A stretch of 24,723 nucleotides of DNA from the NCBI GenBank assembly GCA_964579805.1, contig CAZOGX010000001.1:1-24723 (forward strand), given 5' to 3'. Source of the stretch: Candidatus Woesearchaeota archaeon. Its GTDB lineage: Archaea > Nanobdellota > Nanobdellia > Pacearchaeales > GW2011-AR1. The position numbers were made by a program, and so were the translations under genes. Shown piece by piece: positions 17,485 through 24,569 of this stretch (positions within the stretch are counted from its first letter, which is position 1; each line of letters begins with the position of its first letter). Below the pieces are notes generated by a model. It saw only the letters and a program-made list of their open reading frames with translations, was not told the origin of the DNA and ran no database searches.

Positions 17485-18492
17485 ATGTCTAAATTAAATA
17501 ATTCTTTTCAGGAAATATGGGAGAAGATTAAACAGAGCAAGAATATAATTATGAGTTTGCATTCTGGTCCTGATGGGGATAGTCTTGGAAGTTGCATGGC
17601 TATGAAGTATGTTATTGAAAGAGATTTGGGAAAGAAAGTTAGGGTTTTGAGTGCAGATGAATTAGCTGGGGTTTTGAATAATCTTGAGATGGCTAAAGAT
17701 GTTGAGATAGGTATAGATGTTTTAGATGTAGACTTGAGGGAATTTGATTTGCTAATTGCTTTGGATACTGCAAATAAAGAAAGAATTGGAAAACACAAGG
17801 AAGAAGTAGATTTTCCAGAGAAGTTATTTGTTATAAACATAGACCATCATGAAAGCAACAATTATTATGGAAGTATGAATTATATAGATGGAAAGAAGTC
17901 TTCAAATTGTTCAATCTTGATTTCTTTATTTAAGGAAATGGGAATTAAGTTTGATAAAAAGTTATCTGAAAGATTGTTGCTTGGAATTTGTACTGATACT
18001 GGCTTTTTTAATTATGGAATGGACTTAAATTTAGTTTTTAGAGATGTAGCTTTCTTAGTTGATAATGGTGCTGACTATTTCAATGAAATTTTAGATCCTT
18101 TTATGAATCATCAGTCTTTGAAGATAAAGAAATTTTATGCTCATGTTATAGAAAATACTATAATTAATGATGAAAAAAGGTTTGGATATAGTGTTGTTTC
18201 TAAAAATGAAATTGAAGAGCTGGGAATTAACCAATCTGAAGCGAGGAGAGGAATAGAGCAGATACAAACTTTAGATGGATTGGATTTTGTTTTTATTTTA
18301 ATAGAACATGATGATCATATTAAAGGTTCTTTTAGGTCTACAAAGAGGGTTAATGTTTGCAGATTTGCGGAAGCTTTAGGGGGAGGAGGGCATAAACAAG
18401 CAGCCGCTTTTAGATTAAAAGATTTGAGTTTGAAAGAGGCAGAAGAAAAGGTCTTGAAGGTTATTGATGAGTTAGGAGTTAGTATATTTTGA
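17485..18492 (+). CDS. nrnA: DHH/DHHA1 phosphoesterase (NrnA-like nanoRNase/pAp phosphatase)
   Basis: HSGPDGDSLGS, LD, IDHH, GICTDTG.F, KGSFRS and GGGGHKQAA. Confidence 0.85.
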   Translation: MSKLNNSFQEIWEKIKQSKNIIMSLHSGPDGDSLGSCMAMKYVIERDLGKKVRVLSADELAGVLNNLEMAKDVEIGIDVLDVDLREFDLLIALDTANKERIGKHKEEVDFPEKLFVINIDHHESNNYYGSMNYIDGKKSSNCSILISLFKEMGIKFDKKLSERLLLGICTDTGFFNYGMDLNLVFRDVAFLVDNGADYFNEILDPFMNHQSLKIKKFYAHVIENTIINDEKRFGYSVVSKNEIEELGINQSEARRGIEQIQTLDGLDFVFILIEHDDHIKGSFRSTKRVNVCRFAEALGGGGHKQAAAFRLKDLSLKEAEEKVLKVIDELGVSIF

Positions 18493-18497
18493 GAACC

Positions 18498-18505
18498 TTT
18501 AAAAA
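18498..18505 (+). promoter_or_regulatory. TATA box of dys
   Basis: TTTAAAAA 29 nt before ATG 18527. Confidence 0.6.
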
Positions 18506-18526
18506 CCGCTTATTTTTGTTTGTTTT

Positions 18527-19516
18527 ATGAATAATAGTAAAGATTTGGAAAATGAAAACATGGCTAGAGAGAACTTGCTTAGACGAGGGGTTGATTTAAA
18601 AGGTGTAAAGATTGAAGGATATGACTTTGACAAGGGCGTTGATTATTCTGGAATTGTTAAAAGTTTTAGTAATAGCGGATTTCAAGCTAGTAATTTTGGA
18701 AAAGCAGTCGACATAACTAGGAAGATGATTGGAGATGGGGCTTTTATATTTCTAGGGTATACAAGCAATATGGTAAGTTCTGGAAATAGAGAGATAATTA
18801 GCTGGTTAGTAAAGGAGAGAAAGGTTAATGTTTTAGTTACAACTTGTGGCGGAATAGAAGAGGATATTATAAAATGCTTGGGAGATTTTGTTTTAGGCGA
18901 TTTCAGAGCGTCTGGAAATGATTTGCGGGAAAAAGGTATTAATAGAATTGGAAATATATTTGTTTCAAATAATTTATATATCAAATTTGAGGCATTTGTT
19001 CAACCTATTCTTGAAGAGCTTTATAGAGAAAAAAAGACTGTTTCTGGGATGGATCTGATATGGAAATTAGGAGAAAAAATTAATGATGAAAGAAGCATTT
19101 GTTATTGGGCTTGGAAAAATAAAATAAGAATTTATTGCCCTGCAATTACAGATGGTGCTTTAGGAGATAATATTTATTTCTTTAAGTTCAGGAAAGAAGA
19201 TTTTGTGCTGGATATTGCAGAAGATATTAAAGAGTTTAATGATATGACCATCGGACTTAAAAAAAGTGGCGTGGTTATTTTAGGGAGTGGAGTGGTTAAG
19301 CACTCTATTTTGAATGCTAATATGCTTAGAAACGGAACAGATTATGCAGTTTATATCAATACTGCAGAAGAATATGATGGAAGCGATTCAGGAGCATTAC
19401 CTGAAGAGGCGGTAAGTTGGGGTAAAATAACTTCTGGTGCTGAAAGTGTTAAAGTTTTTGGAGACGCAACTATATTATTTCCTTTATTAGTTGCTGAAAG
19501 TTTTGCTAAAATTTAG
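18527..19516 (+). CDS. dys: Deoxyhypusine synthase
   Basis: GFQASNFG, GYTSNMVSSG, TTCGGIEED, GINRIGN, CPAITDG and DGSDSGA.PEEAVSWGKI (catalytic Lys). Confidence 0.95.
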   Translation: MNNSKDLENENMARENLLRRGVDLKGVKIEGYDFDKGVDYSGIVKSFSNSGFQASNFGKAVDITRKMIGDGAFIFLGYTSNMVSSGNREIISWLVKERKVNVLVTTCGGIEEDIIKCLGDFVLGDFRASGNDLREKGINRIGNIFVSNNLYIKFEAFVQPILEELYREKKTVSGMDLIWKLGEKINDERSICYWAWKNKIRIYCPAITDGALGDNIYFFKFRKEDFVLDIAEDIKEFNDMTIGLKKSGVVILGSGVVKHSILNANMLRNGTDYAVYINTAEEYDGSDSGALPEEAVSWGKITSGAESVKVFGDATILFPLLVAESFAKI

Positions 19517-20054
19517 GATGTCCCTCAAGATATTCTCTTATTCTTTTAAGGGCTTTGTGAAGTCTTGATTTTATTGTTCCAGTGGGTTCTTGAAGTGTTT
19601 CGGATGCTTGTCCAATAGTCAATCTTCTTTCATAAATAAGATATATTATTTCTCTTTGAGGTCTTGAAAGAGTTTTACATCACCTGTCTATATGAAGGTT
19701 CTCTACTTGTGCGGGATCTTTTTGTGCAAATTCTTCCAATAGGGGTCTTCCTTGTATTCTGTTATCTAATCCTGTTTTTCTTACCATATCTATAAATTGG
19801 TTTCTCATTATTTTCGCCAGGTATGTTTCAGGGGTTGAAAGATCAGGATTATATCTTTCAAAATACCTGTGCCTTAATCCCTTAAGAAAAGTTTCCTGCA
19901 CTAAATCTTCAGATCTTACGTAAGTTCCTAGAGTCAAACGCTTTGAAAAAGGATCGTAAAAACATTGTTTAATTAATAGACACGAATTATTTGCTATTTG
20001 GCTGTCTGTGCTTTGCACGTTCCAGACATCCTGCGGCGTTATTATAGCCACCAT
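19506..20054 (-). pseudogene. ECF-type sigma-70 family protein (sigma-2 + sigma-4, 182 codons) interrupted by one in-frame TGA at codon 125; pseudogene, recoded gene or sequence error
   Basis: Sigma-2: SEDLVQETFLK..PETYLAKIMRNQFIDMVRK. After TGA (19682-19680) the same frame continues CKTLSRPQREIIYLIYERRLTIGQASETLQEPTGTIKSRLHKALKRIREYLEGHPKF* (TAG 19508-19506), a typical ECF sigma-4 HTH. Confidence 0.85.
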
Positions 20055-20075
20055 TAATGACTAAAATACTTGAGG

Positions 20076-20083
20076 TTTTTAAA
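20076..20083 (-). promoter_or_regulatory. Archaeal TATA box of the sigma-like gene
   Basis: TTTAAAAA on the minus strand, 29 nt before ATG 20054, preceded by an A-rich BRE-like stretch. Confidence 0.65.
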
Positions 20084-20134
20084 GATTTATTTTTTTCACG
20101 CCTAATTTTATATGTGATAATATATAGTCAAATA

Positions 20135-20178
20135 TTTAAAGTATAGCCGATAGTAAACTGAATATAAATGAAAGGAGG
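20135..20178 (+). promoter_or_regulatory. ftsZ TATA box (TTTAAAGT, 20135) and Shine-Dalgarno-like GGAGG (20174-20178)
   Basis: The TATA-like octamer lies 61 nt before ATG 20196, implying a leadered mRNA. GGAGG falls in the predicted leader. Confidence 0.45.
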
Positions 20179-20195
20179 TTGTTGAAAAAGAGTAG

Positions 20196-21278
20196 ATGGT
20201 ATTGGATTTTGCGAAAGAAGCTATACAGAATGCTAGCACACACAGCATTAATTTTGATGAATTAAGGGCTGGAAAGGCAAACATTAAAGTTTTTGGATGT
20301 GGTGGAGCTGGATGTAACACTATTACTTGGCTTTTTAATAAAGGTATTAATGGAGCTAGCGTTTATGGTGTTAATACAGACGCTTTACATCTTAGCATTA
20401 CTAAGGCTGACGAAAAAATCCTAATAGGTAAGGAGCTAACAAGAGGTCTTGGATGTGGCGGATATCCTGCTAAAGGAAGAGAAGCCGCAAAAGAATCTCT
20501 GTCTGAACTTAAGAAATCCACAAGCAATGCTGATATGGTTTTTGTTTGTGCAGGAATGGGTGGCGGAACTGGAACAGGTTGCGCTCCTGTTGTAGCACAA
20601 TTAGCTAAGGAAGCTGGTGCTGTTGTTATTGCAGTAGTAACCATGCCTTTTGAATGCGAGAAAGCTAGAATTGACAAGGCTGAATTTGGATTACAAGAGT
20701 TAAGGGAAGTTGTTGATACTGCGATAGTGATTGATAACAATAGACTTGTAGATATCGCTGGTAATCTTCCAATGGAACAGGCTTTCGCTGTAGCAAACGA
20801 GCTAGTAAGTACAATGATAAAAGGTATAGTGGAGACTATTACTTTGCCTTCATTGATTAACTTAGACTATGCTGACGTTTCAGCTATAATGAAAGGCGGT
20901 GACGTGGCAGTTATTGGAGTCGGAGAGTCTGACAGCTCTATGAGAGTTGATGAAGCAGTAAGACAAGCTTTAACGCACCCATTACTTGATGTTGATTACA
21001 GAGGAGCTACTGGAGCTTTGGTCCACATAACTTGTGGAGGAGACTTTAAGCTAGAGGAGTTCGCTGGAGTTGGACAACTAGTAACAGAAAATCTTAACCC
21101 TGAAGCCAATGTAATAATTGGGGCCAGAGTTAACAAAGATTTTGGAAGTAAAGTGCGAGTCATTACTATAATGACTGGCGTTAAGAGTCCTTATGTGTTA
21201 GGAAAAGAGATGGACAGAGGTAATACCCAAGCACATGCGAGGGAAATGTCCGATCTGGGTATAGAAGTCTTTAGATAA
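20196..21278 (+). CDS. ftsZ: Cell division protein FtsZ, archaeal FtsZ2-like
   Basis: GCGGAGCN, NTD, tubulin signature GMGGGTGTG and T7 loop TITLPSLINLDYAD. The ITxPSLINLDYAD form is recalled as typical of archaeal FtsZ2. Confidence 0.95.
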   Translation: MVLDFAKEAIQNASTHSINFDELRAGKANIKVFGCGGAGCNTITWLFNKGINGASVYGVNTDALHLSITKADEKILIGKELTRGLGCGGYPAKGREAAKESLSELKKSTSNADMVFVCAGMGGGTGTGCAPVVAQLAKEAGAVVIAVVTMPFECEKARIDKAEFGLQELREVVDTAIVIDNNRLVDIAGNLPMEQAFAVANELVSTMIKGIVETITLPSLINLDYADVSAIMKGGDVAVIGVGESDSSMRVDEAVRQALTHPLLDVDYRGATGALVHITCGGDFKLEEFAGVGQLVTENLNPEANVIIGARVNKDFGSKVRVITIMTGVKSPYVLGKEMDRGNTQAHAREMSDLGIEVFR

Positions 21279-21280
21279 AT

Positions 21281-21316
21281 AAGGAAAAGTTTATTTTTCT
21301 TTTTTTTCCTTTTTTA
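21281..21316 (+). terminator. Oligo-T tract after ftsZ, with a weak inverted repeat
   Basis: TTTATTTTTCTTTTTTTTCCTTTTTT immediately after the stop. AAGGAAAA (21281-21288) can pair with TTTTCCTT (21304-21311). Confidence 0.5.
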
Positions 21317-21388
21317 TAAGCTAAATTTTTTATGGCGTTGTGTAATTGTTGACTAAAGCTATTGTTTTTTAATTTGATTGTTACATCC

Positions 21389-21952
21389 CTACCAAGTTTT
21401 AGGGTCTTTGAATGGAGTAGGTTTCTTTCTTTGGTTAAACTTTTCCCAGTGTATTACTTTTTCTAAGGGTTCCTTCCTAGGCATTTTCGTCTTTTTTATT
21501 GTAGGATAACCTATAGGAAGTATTGCTTCCACTTTGAATGTTTCTTTTATATCTAACAGAGACTTAATTTTTTCTTCTATAAATGCTCCGACCCAGCAAG
21601 AAGCGAGTTTTAAGTCTGCTATTTTTAGTAAAAAATTCTCTATAGCTGCACCTGTTTGCATTTGCGAGTATTCCTCTGCGTGTTCATGATACATGATCTT
21701 TAGATTTTGCATGTTGGAGATTATTACTACTATTGATGATGCGTCTGCAATCCAATCCTGCTGACAGGCTTCTGCAATTATATTTTTTGATTCTTGATTT
21801 TCTACTATTATATATTGCATATGGTTTATGTTTCCTGCAAAAGGAGCTTTGAGGGAAGCATCTATTGCTTCTAGAATATAGTCCCAACGTACTTTCTTTT
21901 TTGAGAAGGAACGTATTGAACGACGGGAGTTTATTGCGTCATCTAATTTCAT
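21389..21952 (-). CDS. Nitroreductase family protein
   Basis: AINSRRSIRSF, KAPFAGN, GAAIENFLL..ADLKLASCWVGAF and AILPIGYP. Confidence 0.88.
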   Translation of the reverse strand: MKLDDAINSRRSIRSFSKKKVRWDYILEAIDASLKAPFAGNINHMQYIIVENQESKNIIAEACQQDWIADASSIVVIISNMQNLKIMYHEHAEEYSQMQTGAAIENFLLKIADLKLASCWVGAFIEEKIKSLLDIKETFKVEAILPIGYPTIKKTKMPRKEPLEKVIHWEKFNQRKKPTPFKDPKTW

Positions 21953-22002
21953 GTTCTGTTAAAGTAAGAGAGGTATAAAAATATGTTGCTGGATTAATAA
22001 GG

Positions 22003-22010
22003 TGTATATA
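22003..22010 (+). promoter_or_regulatory. TATA box of the MazG-like gene
   Basis: TGTATATA 29 nt before ATG 22032. Confidence 0.5.
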
Positions 22011-22031
22011 GCATAATCTAATTGTTTTTAC

Positions 22032-22402
22032 ATGCCTAGTTTAGAGGAAATTAAAGAAAAGATAAGGGAATTTAATATTGAAAGAGACGGGGATAAATTT
22101 CATAATCCTAAAGATTTGTTAATTGCACTTACAAGTGAGGTTGGTGAACTTGCGGAATGTTACAGATGGTTGAATGAGGAAGAATTGCAGAGAGTTCATT
22201 CAGATCCGGAAAAGAAGAAAAAAATAGAGGCGGAAATTGCAGATATAATGTCCTATATTCTTATGATCTGTTATAAGACTAATATTGATTTGTTAGACGT
22301 TCTTGATAAAAAAATAAATCTAAATATCCTATTGATAAGTCTAAGGGAGTTCATAGCAATCCTTTAGAAGGCTTTAAGGGGAAAGGCGGGAGTTCAGTTT
22401 AA
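22032..22402 (+). pseudogene. MazG-like nucleotide pyrophosphohydrolase (dCTP pyrophosphatase-like), frameshifted near the C terminus
   Basis: FHNPKDLLIALTSEVGELAE and EIADI motifs. The annotated frame stops at 22367, while the family-like tail KSKYPIDKSKG..* lies in the -1 frame (22316-22402) after an A7 run. Confidence 0.75.
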
Positions 22403-23493
22403 TACCTGATTTCTCCTCCACCTAAAACTTCTGAATTTTTATAAATGACGCAGGATTGACCTTCTGCGAGACCAAGAATTGATTTTTTTAAATTTAAGAT
22501 GATTAAGTCATCTTTCCTTTCAATTTTTGCAGATATCAATGGACCAAGATGACGTATTCTTACTTTAACATTTGAGGGGAATCTTGGAACTTTGTTTATC
22601 CAATTAATTTTTATTACCTTAAATTGTTTTTTTAATAGAGAAGGGTGCTTTTCTGGGGCAACTTTGAGGACATTTGATTTCAGGTTTTTATCTGCAATGT
22701 AGAGTTTGCTTTTGACTTTGTTTCTATAATTGTTATTGATTAAAATGTTCTTACTCTCACCTATTCTTTCTCCTATAGTATAATAAAAAATTCCTTTATG
22801 AGTGCCAATAATATTGCCTTCAGGGTCTATGACTTTTCCTTCTTTCTGTTTTATTTTACTTTTTAGAAAAGATTTGAAATTTGTTTTTCCTATGAAACAT
22901 ATCCCCCTACTACCTTTTTTATCGTAATTATGGAGCTTGTTTGTCTTAGCAATAGCCCTTACTTCTGACTTAGTTAAGTTTTTCTCTCCTATTGGAAATA
23001 AAGTGTGTTCTAAGTCTTTTTGTGTTAAGTCATAAAGAAAATATGATTGGTCTTTGTTTTTATCTGCGGGAATGCGTAGAGACCATGAATTGTCTTTATT
23101 TTTTATTTTTTTTATGTAATGTCCTGTAGCAATGTAATCTATTCCTCTTTTCTTGGCTTCTTTCCATAGAAAAGGAAATTTTATTATTTTATTACATAAA
23201 GAATCTGGATTTGGAGTAAGTCCTTCTTTGTATGAGTTGAACATTTCACGTATTACCTTTTTTTTGTATTCTTTTTCAAAATCAAGAATAATTAGAGGAA
23301 TATTTAGCTTGGAAGCTATTTTTAGAGCATCTTTTTTATCTTCAAGATATGAACATTCTCCTGTAATTTCATTTTTTGTTTCGGAATAATTTTTCATAAA
23401 TGCTCCAATCACCTCAAATCCTTGTTTTTTTAATAAGATTGCAGAAACTGCGGAATCTACCCCTCCCGAAAGACCTAGAAGAACTTTTTTCAT
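22399..23493 (-). CDS. mnmA: tRNA U34 2-thiouridylase, bacterial MnmA type
   Basis: SGGVDS PP-loop, TPNPDSLCN, ATGHY, KDQSYFL, GICFIG, YTIGER, RIRH and GQS.V.Y..LGGG. Confidence 0.93.
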   Translation of the reverse strand: MKKVLLGLSGGVDSAVSAILLKKQGFEVIGAFMKNYSETKNEITGECSYLEDKKDALKIASKLNIPLIILDFEKEYKKKVIREMFNSYKEGLTPNPDSLCNKIIKFPFLWKEAKKRGIDYIATGHYIKKIKNKDNSWSLRIPADKNKDQSYFLYDLTQKDLEHTLFPIGEKNLTKSEVRAIAKTNKLHNYDKKGSRGICFIGKTNFKSFLKSKIKQKEGKVIDPEGNIIGTHKGIFYYTIGERIGESKNILINNNYRNKVKSKLYIADKNLKSNVLKVAPEKHPSLLKKQFKVIKINWINKVPRFPSNVKVRIRHLGPLISAKIERKDDLIILNLKKSILGLAEGQSCVIYKNSEVLGGGEIRY

Positions 23494-23514
23494 ATATAGG
23501 GTTAATTGTGAAGG

Positions 23515-23522
23515 TTTAAAAG
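23515..23522. promoter_or_regulatory. Shared TATA element between mnmA (-) and the acyltransferase gene (+)
   Basis: TTTAAAAG lies 29 nt before ATG 23544. The same bases read TTTTAAAC/TTTAAACC 27-28 nt before mnmA ATG 23493. Confidence 0.6.
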
Positions 23523-23723
23523 CCTATTTTTTTCAGATATTTAATGAAAACTGATGAAGATAAGGCTTCTTCCAAAGGAAAACGGAAAATTTAACTAGAA
23601 GTTTTATTTAAAACTCTTTTTCCTCGCCGAGAAGTTGAAGGACTAGGTTCTGAAGAAATAAAAGAGTTAATAATTGGAAGCTATAGAGAATCAATAAGAC
23701 CGAGTTACGATCCAAAATATTCC

Positions 23724-24563
23724 ATGTTTAAGCTTTTATCGACTAGAAGACTTAATACTATGGAGGCGTTCTTTTCAAATATAGATGTAACTGGACTCGA
23801 TAATCTTGCGGATGAATCGCGTCATGTTTTTATGCCAAACCATGTTAGCCATACTGATTATGTCCTTCTTTGGTATATTTTGAATAACCATTGGTTTAGT
23901 AATTCGGGTGAAAAAAAGAAAATAAAGCCTTTATCCATTGTTGCCGGTAAAAATTTGGATAATCCTCTTCTAAATCTTGTAGGTTTGGAACTTCATAGAC
24001 TTGGGGCTGTTTGGGTTGATAGAGATTTCTTGGCTGGAAAATATGGAAGAATTGAAGCTTCTTTGTATGGAGAGGCCTTTAACAGAGAGGTAAAACGTTT
24101 ACTAGAAAATCTTGAGATGAGCTTAATTGCTTTCCCTGAAGGAGGTAGAGCTAATGGAAAAGGAGTTATGAAGAGGACTAAGAATGGTATTTTTAACACT
24201 GTTGCTAAAACTGCAGATCCAGAGTTAAAGATCGCTCCGGTTGCACTGGATTATACTGGTACTGTTGAAGGTCCATTTATTCCTATTATTGAAAGTTCAC
24301 GTCCAAAGAAAAATATTCTTCAGAGAGCTTCTTATTATGGTGCGGATGCTCTTGCATTTTTATCTGCTTATACTTCTGGAAGAGTAAGACAAGTTCTTGG
24401 CCTTAGCCCTCCAGATAGAAAAGTTAGAGTTAGTTTTGGAGAGCCTTTTTATCTTTCAGAGTGTGTGGATGGAAGCGGAAGAATATCTCCTAAATTGTTG
24501 GCAGAAAGAGTGGCTGGTGAAGTTTCCTCACTTCATGAAAGAATACGCTTTAGACAGGATTAA
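23724..24563 (+). CDS. Glycerophospholipid acyltransferase (PlsB/PlsC, LPLAT superfamily); true start probably 23544 with an early in-frame TAA
   Basis: PNHVSHTDY (HxxxxD), VAGKNL, GAVWVDR, FPEGGR and IAPVALDY. The frame is open upstream to 23595. Confidence 0.8.
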   Translation: MFKLLSTRRLNTMEAFFSNIDVTGLDNLADESRHVFMPNHVSHTDYVLLWYILNNHWFSNSGEKKKIKPLSIVAGKNLDNPLLNLVGLELHRLGAVWVDRDFLAGKYGRIEASLYGEAFNREVKRLLENLEMSLIAFPEGGRANGKGVMKRTKNGIFNTVAKTADPELKIAPVALDYTGTVEGPFIPIIESSRPKKNILQRASYYGADALAFLSAYTSGRVRQVLGLSPPDRKVRVSFGEPFYLSECVDGSGRISPKLLAERVAGEVSSLHERIRFRQD

Positions 24564-24569
24564 TATTAA

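Noticed and set aside
19680-19682. Genome-wide stop-codon reassignment (UGA=Gly/Trp, or UAA sense) as the explanation for the internal stops
   Set aside because: TGA terminates proS right after its conserved C-terminal Tyr, and also ends gatD, galE and nrnA at expected lengths. TAA ends many other genes and Trp is encoded by TGG. The standard code fits.
19676-19684. GGTGA SD-like motif and TGATG overlap at the sigma internal stop, suggesting a translationally coupled two-subunit sigma
   Set aside because: The overlapping ATG is out of frame and is followed immediately by TAA. The sigma-4 frame has no start codon before the HTH.
22305-22317. Programmed -1 ribosomal frameshift in the MazG-like gene
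   Set aside because: The codons GAT AAA AAA ATA do not form an in-phase X XXY YYZ heptamer, and no downstream stem-loop is evident.
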